DNA from: Promethearchaeota archaeon
GTDB taxonomy: Archaea; Asgardarchaeota; Lokiarchaeia; Sigyniarchaeales; SOKP01
Assembly (NCBI GenBank): GCA_016839555.1
Contig: JAEOUA010000010.1
Span: 288,001-352,000, forward strand
Direction: 5' to 3'
DNA length: 64,000 nucleotides
Positions 18,869 to 29,646 of the stretch are shown here, in pieces. The translations under genes and the position numbers were made by a program. Within the stretch, counting starts at the first letter, position 1, and the number at the start of each line of letters is the position of its first letter. The notes beneath the pieces are model-generated. The model had not been told where the DNA came from. It saw nothing but the letters and a program-made list of their open reading frames with translations, and ran no database searches.

Positions 18869-19675
18869 ATGAGTTTAAAATCGGAAAATAAATTTGAAAC
18901 CGCTAATCCAGAAGATATTTATGATCCTGATCAAAATTATGCTATTATTACAAAAGATATAGTAAAAATATTTGGTGATATCACTGCTGTTAATGGATTA
19001 AATATAAAGATAAGAGAAGGAGAAATATTTGGACTTCTAGGGCCAAATGGGGCTGGTAAAACCACAACTATTAACATGTTGGTTGGATTATTAAAACCTA
19101 CTAGTGGTGAACTCTTTGTTGGTGGGTATAATGTGAAAAAAGAATTAAGTAAAATTAAAGAAATAATTGGCGTATGCCCGCAACACATCGCAGTCTATAA
19201 ATTCCTTACGGGTCGGGAAAATATTGAATTGTTTGGTAATCTTCATGGAATAAACAAAAAGGAAGTGAAATCACGAGCTGATAATCTCTTAAATGTAGTT
19301 GAATTCATAGAAACTGCTGAAAGAAAGGCAAAAGAATATAGTGGTGGCATGCTGAGTCAATTAAATCTCTTGATGGCATTAATTAGTGACCCAGAAATTG
19401 TGTTTCTTGATGAACCTACCGTGGGAATGGACCCCAGAGCTCGCCGTAAAATATGGCAATTTATTGGTTCGCTCAAAGAACATAAAAAAACTATACTGCT
19501 TACAACCCATTACATTGAAGAAGCAGAAGCTTTATGTGATAGAGTCGCAATAATAGATTATGGAGAGCTAATCGCCCTCGGATCTCCTAAGGAATTAAAG
19601 GAGAAATATAATGCAAAGAATTTAGAGGAGGTATTTTTAGAAATTACAGGAAGAAGAATATTGGAGGGGATCTAA
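18869..19675 (+). CDS. ABC-2 type exporter ATP-binding subunit
   Basis: GPNGAGKTT, YSGGM, FLDEPT, LTTH. Confidence 0.93.
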   Translation: MSLKSENKFETANPEDIYDPDQNYAIITKDIVKIFGDITAVNGLNIKIREGEIFGLLGPNGAGKTTTINMLVGLLKPTSGELFVGGYNVKKELSKIKEIIGVCPQHIAVYKFLTGRENIELFGNLHGINKKEVKSRADNLLNVVEFIETAERKAKEYSGGMLSQLNLLMALISDPEIVFLDEPTVGMDPRARRKIWQFIGSLKEHKKTILLTTHYIEEAEALCDRVAIIDYGELIALGSPKELKEKYNAKNLEEVFLEITGRRILEGI

Positions 19676-19677
19676 AA

Positions 19678-20433
19678 ATGAATATGCTAAGAGTATTTGC
19701 ACTAGTTAAAATGGAATTGAAAAAGATATTAAGGGAGCCGGCTTACCTGTTTTTGATGCTTTTATTTCCGGCGGTGCTATCAATAATTTTTGGATTTGTT
19801 TTTAGTTCGATTCCAAGTGGATCTCCAGGCATAAGTACTTTTGATTTAATGGCTCCTGGTATATTTGCATATGCCTGTATTTTCATAACTATGATTGTAG
19901 CTCAAACATTTTGTGAAGATAGAGAATATGGATTATTAAAACGAATAAATACCACACCAACCACATCAGCTGAATTTATGAGCAGCCATTTGATTTCAAA
20001 TACAATATTATCACTCCTACAAGTAGCAATAGTAGCAATATTCATATTCCTTATGGGTTTTAGACCAGCGGGAGGTGCTTTAGGTTTACCATTTGCCGTT
20101 ATATTCATGGTTTTTCTTTCAATATGTTCAGTAGGGTTTGGCCTAATTACTGCAACAATAGCAAAAAGCTCAGGTTCTGCAACTGGTTTAGCGTTTATTT
20201 TTATATTACCCCAGATGTTTTTTGGTACATTTATTCCTTTAAATGAAAGTACCATTATAATTGCAATGTTTTTTCCAAGTTATTATGCTACTGAATCTCT
20301 CAAGATGATCTTTAGTGGAGTAGCTTTAACAGAGATAATTATATGGATCAATTTATTAGTAATTGTTATAATGAGCTTCATTATTACAATTATTGGAATA
20401 CAATTATTCAAAAAATTTGGATCAATTTATTAG
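19678..20433 (+). CDS. ABC-2 type exporter permease
   Basis: About 6 TM segments; DREYGLLKRINTTP motif; 2 bp after the ATPase gene. Confidence 0.9.
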   Translation: MNMLRVFALVKMELKKILREPAYLFLMLLFPAVLSIIFGFVFSSIPSGSPGISTFDLMAPGIFAYACIFITMIVAQTFCEDREYGLLKRINTTPTTSAEFMSSHLISNTILSLLQVAIVAIFIFLMGFRPAGGALGLPFAVIFMVFLSICSVGFGLITATIAKSSGSATGLAFIFILPQMFFGTFIPLNESTIIIAMFFPSYYATESLKMIFSGVALTEIIIWINLLVIVIMSFIITIIGIQLFKKFGSIY

Positions 20434-20482
20434 TAATTGTTATAATGGGCTTCATTATTACAATTATTGGAATACAATTATT
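20344..20482 (+). repeat. Tandem duplication of 65 bp (20344-20408 and 20418-20482, one mismatch)
   Basis: TGGATCAATTTATTAGTAATTGTTATAATG(A/G)GCTTCATTATTACAATTATTGGAATACAATTATT occurs twice with a 74-bp period. Confidence 0.95.
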
Positions 20483-20601
20483 TTAAAATTTTTTTTAAAA
20501 ATTTGATAAATAAAAAACTATTAAATTAACATAAAGAATAGTAATCATTTTTTTTTTCCAATAGTAATAATTTTTTATATGAGTTTTTATTCTATATTTT
20601 T

Positions 20602-21330
20602 ATGAGTCTGACACCTTTAGATATTCTCAACGGCTCTTTAGGACTTTCGGTTGTATCTATCTCTATTATTCTGGGGATAATCGTATTATTAAAATATTTC
20701 AAAAATCAAGACAAACATTTCATTTTAATGGGTCTTACATTGATTTTCATGACATCAGGCTGGTACGGAACAAGTTTATCCTTTATAGTTGCTTTACTAT
20801 TTAATAATGAGGGATTACCTCTCGAAGCGATTATGCTCTTAAATTTTATTCCGCTTCCCATCAGTTTAATCTCATGGGTTGTATTTTTTACTGATATAAT
20901 CTTGTTAAAATATCGAGGAAAATTAATCATTGGGAGTGTGATAGGATTTACTGTATTTTTTTATGTTGTATTTCTAACCTTACTTTCTATTGACGTTACT
21001 CTTGTTTCAGAAAAGATTTCACCCGTAGATACTTTAGGCAAAAATTGGTTTCTTAATTCATTTATATTTGTGTATGTAGCAATTTTATTAGTTACGGGGA
21101 TAAAATTCTCTCTCGAAACAATCAAATTTGATGATATTGTAATGAGAACTAAAGGCAAATTTCTCCTAATTGCTTTTCCTTCTTTTTCTCTAGCAGGAAT
21201 TCTTGATAGTTCCTTGCCATCAAATGAATATACATTAATTATTTTTAGAGGGATATTAATAACAGGTATAATTTTGTTCTTTATCGGCTTTTTATTACCA
21301 AAATTTATTAAAAAAAAAATAGTGAAATAA
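20602..21330 (+). CDS. Seven-TM hypothetical membrane protein
   Basis: About 7 hydrophobic segments, no catalytic motif. Confidence 0.7.
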   Translation: MSLTPLDILNGSLGLSVVSISIILGIIVLLKYFKNQDKHFILMGLTLIFMTSGWYGTSLSFIVALLFNNEGLPLEAIMLLNFIPLPISLISWVVFFTDIILLKYRGKLIIGSVIGFTVFFYVVFLTLLSIDVTLVSEKISPVDTLGKNWFLNSFIFVYVAILLVTGIKFSLETIKFDDIVMRTKGKFLLIAFPSFSLAGILDSSLPSNEYTLIIFRGILITGIILFFIGFLLPKFIKKKIVK

Positions 21331-21480
21331 GCTTAAAAACTGAATATTTAATTTTTTTTTTCCTTATTTTTGTATTTTAGAATAAAATAGTAAAGAAATT
21401 TCTCAGCTATATAAAAATTAATCAATTTCTGAAAATAATTAAGAGAAGTGAATCGAGGTTATTTTTTCCAACAGATATAT

Positions 21481-22485
21481 TCAATTTTTAGATGTTTTGC
21501 AGTACTTCTGAAAGCATTCGCAACACGGAATTCCAAAGCTTATATGATTATAATATCTTTTCTTAAAATGAAACGATTCATTCATCAGTACTAATAATTG
21601 GTTTTTTATCTTAATTTTATATTTATCTTTACTGAAATAAAAACGTTTAAGATAACTGGAATGATTTCTCGAATTACAAATTGGACAATATTTAAAGAAA
21701 TTTAGAAATTCAATTAATTCTTTTCGTTCTTCTAATGATAACTCTATTTTTGTTGAACCTTGAAATTCTATTTCTCCTCGCATGATATCTCTCAATCTTA
21801 GTAAATTGTTAGGGAGATCATTGGTATGGGGCAAATCGTCTAAATTTGAAGAGGAAAGCAAATCATTTTCGTTTAAATTGAAATATGTTTGACTTGCTAT
21901 TTCATTATGAGAAGATTGTTTGATTTTGCCGAGATTTCGTCTTAAATAATTTTTTTCTTTATTCGATAAAATATTCATACCAGTTAAAATCTCGGCCACA
22001 TGATTAAAAATAACATCTATATTAAATCCTTGTTTGATTGAAATAAAATAAGGACCAATAAGGTCATGATTATGAGCAAACTTTATGATATTCTCGTAGG
22101 GGACAGCTGGGATTATATCAGATTTTGTGCCTAATAATATAATGGGAACCTCCTCAGAAAAGGCATGAATAATATCAATCCAAATCGGCAGATTAATAAA
22201 AGATTGAGGATCTGTGAGATCAAAAAATAAAAGAAAAATAGCAGTTCCCCTGAAATAAGAGGGAATTAAAAAATAAAAATTTTCAGCAACATTTACATCC
22301 CATATTTGTAATTGACAATGGAGTTCATTGTCTACTTTTAATTTTTTAATATGAAAATCCAGCCCAATATTCTCACTGAAATCTTTAAAAAATTTCTGAC
22401 TATCTTTATCATAATTAATAAAGGCGGACTTTCCGGAACCATTTGAGCCAATTAAGAGAACCTTATATATCCAACCGACTTTCAT
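21481..22485 (-). CDS. Divergent Rab-like small GTPase with C-terminal Cys/His metal-binding domain
   Basis: GSNGSGKS, IGLDF, LQIWD, YFRGT, TKSD, ISIK; C-terminal CPIC-x4-H..IPCCECF. Confidence 0.8.
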   Translation of the reverse strand: MKVGWIYKVLLIGSNGSGKSAFINYDKDSQKFFKDFSENIGLDFHIKKLKVDNELHCQLQIWDVNVAENFYFLIPSYFRGTAIFLLFFDLTDPQSFINLPIWIDIIHAFSEEVPIILLGTKSDIIPAVPYENIIKFAHNHDLIGPYFISIKQGFNIDVIFNHVAEILTGMNILSNKEKNYLRRNLGKIKQSSHNEIASQTYFNLNENDLLSSSNLDDLPHTNDLPNNLLRLRDIMRGEIEFQGSTKIELSLEERKELIEFLNFFKYCPICNSRNHSSYLKRFYFSKDKYKIKIKNQLLVLMNESFHFKKRYYNHISFGIPCCECFQKYCKTSKN

Positions 22486-22724
22486 ATTAAAATATCCACC
22501 TTGATAATTGTTATAAATTCCAATATTAATAAAACAATTTAAGATAAAAAATCTTAGTATGATATATTATAATCAGAATTATTCTATAAAAATATAAGTT
22601 AAGAATCTATTAAATTTTTGATTTTAATTTTATAACGTTCTATGGTCTCATATATTTCTTGAATACTTCATAAAAAATAATAAAATATTAAATGAATAAT
22701 AAGGAAAGTTGTAAAATTCTTAAA

Positions 22725-23948
22725 TTAGGCTAATTGAATACTACATGGAAATATGGCTGCCCTTAGTTCATTTCCATGCATCTTTTCTAATTCTTGTACC
22801 AATGTATCCAATTTACCAAAGAGTTTTACAGATTTAGGGAAAAAATGATACAAATCATATTTAGAGATGTTAGGGGAAAACAAAAGGACATCTCTGCGTT
22901 TCACAAAAGCTCTCCAAACAACATTATCCCCTATATTTGTGTATATTCTAGAACCTGTTTGCCCTGTTAAGCTATGGTATCCTCTTCCCTCATAAGAGGA
23001 AGACATCAAAACAATTGTACCTTTTCTTTTTAACATCTTACTCGGAGCGGTCATTAGAAAATTAAAGCCCTTAATTGCTTGGCTTAATTCTGAATCTTCT
23101 GGATATAGATTAAAAAAAGCCACATCATTATCTAATGTAACTTCAGTATTATAAAATTCTTTTCCAATTTCCATCGCCCTTCTATGAGCATCTCTAAAAT
23201 GTCCAGAAGTTATTGCCCCAATATTTCCTTCCTCGGTTAAAATTACATTCACAGAAAAGTCTAATCCCACTTTATCTGCTATTTCCTCAATATCTTCGCG
23301 AACTTTAGTCATTCTTCCTATTCCCGCACCTATGCCACGCATCGCTGCAGAATGATTTGCTTCAAGAGTTTTAATACCAGAAACACCTGGCAATACTATC
23401 TTTGCTCCTCCTCCAAAACCTGCTAAAGGATGAGGAATAACCCCTCCAATTGAAATTTTTAGATCTGCTTCATAATATGTCTTATTAATATGAATGGGCG
23501 TTCCCATCTTAGATTCACCTAATTCTACTAAATTTTCATAAGGATGATGATTTTCAATATTAATAGTATCAACCACATCTTTTCCTAATTTAAGAATACA
23601 ATCGTGCCGGTTCATTGGTTTATGTGCCCCTATTGCGAGTAAAATAGTAATTTTCGATCTATCTATGTTAGCCTCTTCTAATTCGCTGAGAATATACGGC
23701 ATAATTTTGTAGATGGGAGTCGTTCTGGTCATATCATCAACCACTATAACTACATTTTCTTTTCCTTTCGCCAACTCAGATATTCTTTCTGTTCCAATGG
23801 GATTTAAAATGCTTTCTTTAATTTTCTCATTATTTATCTCGGAATTTCCATTCATTCTGCACACAGAAATATCCCAGCTATCTGGTAACTTTAATTCCAA
23901 GGTTTCAGGAGCGCGCCATGCGGCCCAAGGTATTTTTATAGATGGCAT
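22725..23948 (-). CDS. larA: LarA-family (nickel-pincer) alpha-hydroxy-acid racemase/epimerase
   Basis: VVDDMTRTTP, AIGAHKPM, PHPLAGFGGGAKIVLPG. Confidence 0.8.
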   Translation of the reverse strand: MPSIKIPWAAWRAPETLELKLPDSWDISVCRMNGNSEINNEKIKESILNPIGTERISELAKGKENVVIVVDDMTRTTPIYKIMPYILSELEEANIDRSKITILLAIGAHKPMNRHDCILKLGKDVVDTINIENHHPYENLVELGESKMGTPIHINKTYYEADLKISIGGVIPHPLAGFGGGAKIVLPGVSGIKTLEANHSAAMRGIGAGIGRMTKVREDIEEIADKVGLDFSVNVILTEEGNIGAITSGHFRDAHRRAMEIGKEFYNTEVTLDNDVAFFNLYPEDSELSQAIKGFNFLMTAPSKMLKRKGTIVLMSSSYEGRGYHSLTGQTGSRIYTNIGDNVVWRAFVKRRDVLLFSPNISKYDLYHFFPKSVKLFGKLDTLVQELEKMHGNELRAAIFPCSIQLA

Positions 23949-24289
23949 TATTATTCCTTCAAATTAATTTTTTAGGGTTTTATTTTTTTCAAAAACACTT
24001 ATATTATTTTGTATAAAAAATGCTTATCTTTAAAAAATATTGACTTAACCCGATAAAATTATTCGACTTATAAAGAGAAAATATAAATTGAAGCTCTTAT
24101 CAAAATATGAATAAGAATTTGATCATTTCTTTAAAATTCTTATTTAAATTTTTTAATAAAATATAAAAAATGTTTAAATAGAATTTTTATTTATATAATA
24201 AAAAATCTGAATTCGCAAAAACAGATCTTATTAAAAACTTAGAAATTAATTAATTATTTTTAAATTACAAATAAAAGAATGTTTGTTTT

Positions 24290-25165
24290 ATGAAGCTTCT
24301 TGAGAATAAAAACGCTCTTATCACTGGAGGAGGAAGAGGTATAGGTAAGGCAGTAGCACTCGATTTTGCCTCTTCGGGTGCAAATGTTGCTGTCGTAGCT
24401 CGGACCAAAAATGAATTAGATCAAACAGTTAAAGAAATTGAACAATTTGGAGTAGAAGGGCTTGCAATTCAAGCTGATTTATCGAATCTTGAACAACTTA
24501 AAAAGTGTACTGAGAAGTTTTTAGATTATTATAAAAAGTGTGATATTTTAATCTGCAACGCAGGCATGACACAGGCTGCCTCTATTATTGAATTTCCAAT
24601 TGAAAAGGCCAAGAATTTGTTTGATTTGAATATTATGGGGTATTATGGAATGATTAAATATATTGTGCCTAATATGATCAAATATGGCGGAGGTAATATT
24701 CAAATGACTTCCTCAGTTCAAGGTAATGTGTTTTTTCTCCCAAAAAAGGCAGCATATTCCGCTTCCAAAGCTGCCATCACCGCAATGGGTAAATGTTTAA
24801 GTCCAGAGTTAAAGCCACATAATATCTCAGTTAATGTAATCCTTCCGGGAGGTGTGGAAACTAAAATGACTCAGTATTTGAGGGAAAAAGGACAGATAAT
24901 GCCCACAGTTCCACCTGAAGATATATCTCCTATTTATCTGTTTTTAGCTACGGAAGAAGCAAAAAAAAATGGATATGGGGGAAAAGTTATTGATCAGATG
25001 AAAATATTTAACTTTTTGCCAGAAATAAAAGAATTCGTCGAAGAAAAACCATTTAATATTAAGAAAGTCTATAAAGAGATGAAAAACAACATGAAAAAAG
25101 ATCACGCTTTAATGTTTCGAAAAAATACAGAATTAATTGAATTTCTCATAAAATTCAAGAGATAA
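24290..25165 (+). CDS. Short-chain dehydrogenase/reductase
   Basis: TGGGRGIG, CNAG, YSASK, PGGVET. Confidence 0.92.
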   Translation: MKLLENKNALITGGGRGIGKAVALDFASSGANVAVVARTKNELDQTVKEIEQFGVEGLAIQADLSNLEQLKKCTEKFLDYYKKCDILICNAGMTQAASIIEFPIEKAKNLFDLNIMGYYGMIKYIVPNMIKYGGGNIQMTSSVQGNVFFLPKKAAYSASKAAITAMGKCLSPELKPHNISVNVILPGGVETKMTQYLREKGQIMPTVPPEDISPIYLFLATEEAKKNGYGGKVIDQMKIFNFLPEIKEFVEEKPFNIKKVYKEMKNNMKKDHALMFRKNTELIEFLIKFKR

Positions 25166-25246
25166 TTTTCTACCAAAATTATCTAATAATTCTTATTGAA
25201 AGAACAATTTTTAATTCTTAATTTGTTCTAATTTGAGGATTTAGAA

Positions 25247-26656
25247 TTGAAAACTGAATTAGACCTAATGGATCATGATTTCCGATATACTGAATTATTT
25301 CCGATATATCTTTTGGCTGGTTGCTTTACCTTAGCCTTTTCAAGTCTTTATATATTAGTAGTGCCCTTATCCTCATTATTTTGGCCCGGAGATGAGTTTC
25401 ATGCCCTTGAAATGGGAATTCTCATATCTACCATGTTTTGGCCCATAGCAATATCTGGTTTAATGTGGGGTAGGTTTATTGATAAATATAATAGAGTAAA
25501 AATATTTTTTATTGTGGCTTTTGCTCGTGGAGTGTGTCTAATTCTTATGAGTTTCACAGTAATGGGACTTGGTATTATCTCATGGACTTATTTTTATATT
25601 TTAATTTTGATTTTTGCCATTTTTGCTGGAGGTAATTACCCGACAGTTGTATCGCTAGCAGATGATATTGTTCCTGAAGGAAAAAGATCACGATTTTTTG
25701 GCATTTATAATATTATAAGAAGCAGCTTTCAATTTATTGGGTTTGTTGTAGTAGGTTTTTTAGTTCAGATAGGATTATGGCAATGGATATTCAGTAGTAT
25801 AGGCATATTAATGATCATAGCAGGAGTAATCATGGTAAAAAAAATTAAGGAACCTAAACGAGGGATTCAAAGAGAAGAATTAAAAAATGTTTTAAAAAAA
25901 TCTGAGGTGGTGTATAATTTTCAAATTGACCGAGAAACTATGAAAAAGACTATGCTAAGTAAGACTAATGTGGTTGCTTTAATTGAAGGTATTTTTACAA
26001 GTGTGTTTATGGGAAGCTTAACCATCTTATTTTTACCTTATATACAATCTCCACCCTATAATATCTCACCCTTTTCAACTGGTGTATTCTTAGCATTTTT
26101 TGGTCTGACGGGAGGACTCATTGGTATGGGTTTTTTTGCTCATTATTCCGACAAATTATCGAAAAAAAAATCGATACTGCGGATCTTTTTTATTATCATT
26201 TCTTTATCAGTTGGTATGATAACCTTCGTCTTTCTCTTTTTCATACCCCTTCCTCCTCTCACAGTTGAGGAAGGGAAAGATCTCTCTCGATTTATGGTAG
26301 ATCCCACTGTATGGATTATGGGTATAATATATTTATTATCCACATCATTTTCAGCCTTATATAACATCAATCAACCTCCTTTATTACAGGAAATTAACTT
26401 ACCTGAAGCTCAAGGCCAAATAATAGCATGGAATCGTTTTCTTGAAGAAATTGCGTGGGGATTGGGGCCATTCATATCGGGAATCTTTATAACCATCTCT
26501 GGTCAGAATTACCAACTAGTTTCAATAATAATAGGGCTTTTTGCTGTTCCCGGAATAATTTTATGGATATTCGCATTAAAATGGTATCCGAAGGATAAAG
26601 AAGAAATAATCAAGATATTAGAACAACGCTCAAAAGACCTAGAATCTAGAGAATGA
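25247..26656 (+). CDS. MFS transporter (paralog of 35842-37281; ATG alternative at 25268)
   Basis: About 12 TM; GRFIDKYNR; shares EPKRG, TMLSKTN.VALIEGIFT and LQEINLPEAQGQI with the paralog. Confidence 0.85.
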   Translation: MKTELDLMDHDFRYTELFPIYLLAGCFTLAFSSLYILVVPLSSLFWPGDEFHALEMGILISTMFWPIAISGLMWGRFIDKYNRVKIFFIVAFARGVCLILMSFTVMGLGIISWTYFYILILIFAIFAGGNYPTVVSLADDIVPEGKRSRFFGIYNIIRSSFQFIGFVVVGFLVQIGLWQWIFSSIGILMIIAGVIMVKKIKEPKRGIQREELKNVLKKSEVVYNFQIDRETMKKTMLSKTNVVALIEGIFTSVFMGSLTILFLPYIQSPPYNISPFSTGVFLAFFGLTGGLIGMGFFAHYSDKLSKKKSILRIFFIIISLSVGMITFVFLFFIPLPPLTVEEGKDLSRFMVDPTVWIMGIIYLLSTSFSALYNINQPPLLQEINLPEAQGQIIAWNRFLEEIAWGLGPFISGIFITISGQNYQLVSIIIGLFAVPGIILWIFALKWYPKDKEEIIKILEQRSKDLESRE

Positions 26657-26701
26657 ATGCTTAAACGGCTAATATTGAAATTCTTTTACCATAATGAAAA
26701 A

Positions 26702-27895
26702 TTAACTTTTCTGCACTAGTTCCAAACATTCCCTATAAAAGAGATTTCCATAATGATTATTTGGTACCTGTATAATATTTTCTTTTTTCTTCTGCTGTTC
26801 TCTTAAATGATTCCTTCTGGCATTCATTAAATCTATAAATGCCTCCAAACGTGTTCGAAAGCCCTCGACTCCACTCTGCTCATCAAATGAGAAAAAGATC
26901 ACCGGCATATCATATTTCTTTTTAAGTTTATTAGTAATGATAGTTCGAGCAGTTATTTCAGGCATACAGGTGAAAGGGTAACTATGTACGAAGCCATCAA
27001 AACCTGCTTTTGCATTATCAATATACTGTCCTATAATCCAGACAGCTTCTCCTCCTATATCCATTGGCATGTATGGTTTGGCTACATGTTCTAACCATTT
27101 TCTATGAAAATTCACATGCAGTTTATGAGCAATCCAATCATATAAACTAAGACTTTGGTAAAGTTCTACACCCATTTCGCCCAATCTTCTTCGAATATCG
27201 AGGTTTACATATGGTTCTAAGGTAATATAAATTTCTCCGGCAAGGCCTACTTTTAAAACATCCCTTGATTTGTCAAGGTCAATTTTATTGAAATCTTCTT
27301 TAATAACCGATTTGAAATGTCTAAGCTCATGGAGAGTATTTGCATCGTCAAGTTTATGTAATAAACGATTCACTGTTTTTGTGGTGATTCCTTGTTCTCG
27401 TTCATACGCACGAAATACTCCCTCCGCTGTATGTATATTTTGTAGATATAAGCATTTTTTTAAGAAGAAAATAACGGCTTTTACAAAATTAGAATATTTA
27501 AAAAGCCCTGCTACTTGATTTACTTCAAAAAGGGTTTTTACCCAACTGAAATCTAAAAGGTCTGCTTGATCAAGAGGAATAAGCCGAAAATCCTTATAGC
27601 CCACATCTCGAAAAATGCGCTCTTGAACACTGGCATAGAACCCAAATCTGCAGGGTCCACAATCAATCGCCATGATAATAGTATTTGCTCCTTTATCAAG
27701 CGCGCTTTTTAATTCACCAAGCGTTGCCTTAAAGGGGAAACATACAAATTCGGGGCTATGTTTTACTCCAAACTTTACCAACTCGCGATTGACTGGTGTA
27801 GGTAACACTACTTCTGCATCTAGGGATTCAATAAGCGATTTAAAAGCGACCCAAGATGTTCCCATGCGAGGGAATGTTACCTTCGGATTCGGCAT
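26702..27895 (-). CDS. 2-hydroxyacyl-CoA dehydratase-like subunit (PlsR/Ger reduction-dehydration domain-like)
   Basis: HSPEFVCFPFK, GPCRFGFY, GEIY..LEP..N, PFTCMPE, DEQSG..G..TRLEAF. Confidence 0.8.
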   Translation of the reverse strand: MPNPKVTFPRMGTSWVAFKSLIESLDAEVVLPTPVNRELVKFGVKHSPEFVCFPFKATLGELKSALDKGANTIIMAIDCGPCRFGFYASVQERIFRDVGYKDFRLIPLDQADLLDFSWVKTLFEVNQVAGLFKYSNFVKAVIFFLKKCLYLQNIHTAEGVFRAYEREQGITTKTVNRLLHKLDDANTLHELRHFKSVIKEDFNKIDLDKSRDVLKVGLAGEIYITLEPYVNLDIRRRLGEMGVELYQSLSLYDWIAHKLHVNFHRKWLEHVAKPYMPMDIGGEAVWIIGQYIDNAKAGFDGFVHSYPFTCMPEITARTIITNKLKKKYDMPVIFFSFDEQSGVEGFRTRLEAFIDLMNARRNHLREQQKKKENIIQVPNNHYGNLFYRECLELVQKS

Positions 27896-27914
27896 TTTTG
27901 TAGTTTATTTATCC

Positions 27915-28030
27915 ATGAAAATTAGTATATTATGGAAAGAAATGTTCATACTATAAAAAATATTTTCATCTCAATAATTATATTAAACATATTTTTCAAT
28001 CAATATTTTCTTTAAAGGTGTTAATATTTT
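27915..28030. repeat. Copy 1 of ~115-bp imperfect direct repeat (copy 2 at 29665-29780)
   Basis: Exact 34-bp core CATACTATAAAAAATATTTTCATCTCAATAATTA at 27947 and 29697; flanks colinear with offset 1750. Confidence 0.85.
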
Positions 28031-28124
28031 TATAATAAATAATTGAAAAGAACGCCGACAGAATTTATATGCCAGAAATAATTCGGTTCAAATCTAATGA
28101 CTCTGAGTTTAAATAAATTATTTA

Positions 28125-29603
28125 TTAATTTATATTTTGGTTCCTTTTTTTATCTGTTTCTATGAATTCAAATCCGATTAACTTAGCCAGATCCCTAAAT
28201 TGCTCTCTTAAATCACCATAAAATGCTACTCGATGATTACCAAATGCTTTTCCATCTATATTCTCAGCTATTGCGCTTGCATTGGTTTTAATCATCAATT
28301 TTGTTCTACATATAATATCATCCCAATGTTTAAAATAATCTTCGCCGTCAATAGTTTCTCCTGTAAAGACACATATTTTTTTATCGTGCATACTTATTTT
28401 GGCTACTGTGACTTTTTCCCCTATGGGTAAATTTACTTGTACGCAAGCACCACCCTTATTCTCTTCCCAGTGTGGTAGATTTCTTATAATATAGGGCGCC
28501 TTTTGATCATTTCCATAAGGATCTGGATCCGCCTCACAATGACCAATAGTAATAGTTCCTGAAGTGGGATCTACCATAAAATCTCCATTAAATCCTGCCT
28601 TATCAGCAAAAAATAAACCAAACTGCTGAGTAACTAATGAATCTATTAGAGTTTCAGAAGTAGCAACAATATTTTCCGAAAGAAGTTGGGTAGATGGTAG
28701 CCCTTGTGACGGAATGCCCTCAGGATACCCACTTAAAATTCCACAACCCTCACCTGCTGGTTGAAAATTGCAATATCCCTCTGTGGTTATTGCCGGAGTA
28801 TTATATTTCTCCATTAATTGTTTCATGGTTAAATAAAGCTTTGCTGAGCGCACTATCTGAAAATGGTTTGTGCCTTTTATTCCTTCAGCTTCATTAATCC
28901 AATTTTGTGCTACCTTTTCGGCTTCTTCTTGATCAATTTTCTCTATTCCTTCAAAAAGTTCCTTCTGGGGGATGGGAACAAGAACAGTCCCAAATGTTTC
29001 TTCCAAATTTTTAAGATATTGCCTCTCATATTTTTCTCTTTCTTTTTTTCTTAATGGAACCTGAAATGTTTCTGGTTCATAGAAGCCAAGAATAGGCATA
29101 TCTGTAATAACCAAAACTCTTAAACCTTTCATCTTAGATATCGCTTGGATTAATCTAATTTTCTCTGCTATATCTTCTATACGGGATAAATAGAAATTCT
29201 TATCTTTATCAGGTATTACAGGTAATACAGTTTTAACAACTTTTGCCTCCTTAGAAGCACTAAAAAAGGGATATTCCCACTGTCCCCAGAGTGGATGTAC
29301 AGCTACAATAGGCAGCCCAATTGATGTTAAATCTTCTGTTGGAGTACCAAAGAAAAGAATCCCAGATAAATCTTTCTTTTGTTTTTTTATATTTCTAATT
29401 ATTTTTCGTTGATATCTACTTTTACTTACAATAAATTCGATATTTTTACATTTCTCTTTCACTGCTTGCAATATCTCTTCATTTTTCATTATCTTGGCTT
29501 CAGGATGATATTTTGGGTAAATTTTAGCTGCATCTTGAGTTCCAGAAGATGTGAATGCTACATATATTTTGGTTTTTCCATTTTCTTGTTCTGATAAAAG
29601 CAT
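28125..29603 (-). CDS. L-fucose/L-arabinose isomerase-like protein
   Basis: AITTEGYC, SETLID, IGHCE, TVAKI, CRTKL, GNHRVAFYGD C-terminal pattern. Confidence 0.65.
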   Translation of the reverse strand: MLLSEQENGKTKIYVAFTSSGTQDAAKIYPKYHPEAKIMKNEEILQAVKEKCKNIEFIVSKSRYQRKIIRNIKKQKKDLSGILFFGTPTEDLTSIGLPIVAVHPLWGQWEYPFFSASKEAKVVKTVLPVIPDKDKNFYLSRIEDIAEKIRLIQAISKMKGLRVLVITDMPILGFYEPETFQVPLRKKEREKYERQYLKNLEETFGTVLVPIPQKELFEGIEKIDQEEAEKVAQNWINEAEGIKGTNHFQIVRSAKLYLTMKQLMEKYNTPAITTEGYCNFQPAGEGCGILSGYPEGIPSQGLPSTQLLSENIVATSETLIDSLVTQQFGLFFADKAGFNGDFMVDPTSGTITIGHCEADPDPYGNDQKAPYIIRNLPHWEENKGGACVQVNLPIGEKVTVAKISMHDKKICVFTGETIDGEDYFKHWDDIICRTKLMIKTNASAIAENIDGKAFGNHRVAFYGDLREQFRDLAKLIGFEFIETDKKRNQNIN

Positions 29604-29646
29604 AAAACCACCAATACTTTTTTAATATATTTTAATAATAATTTTC

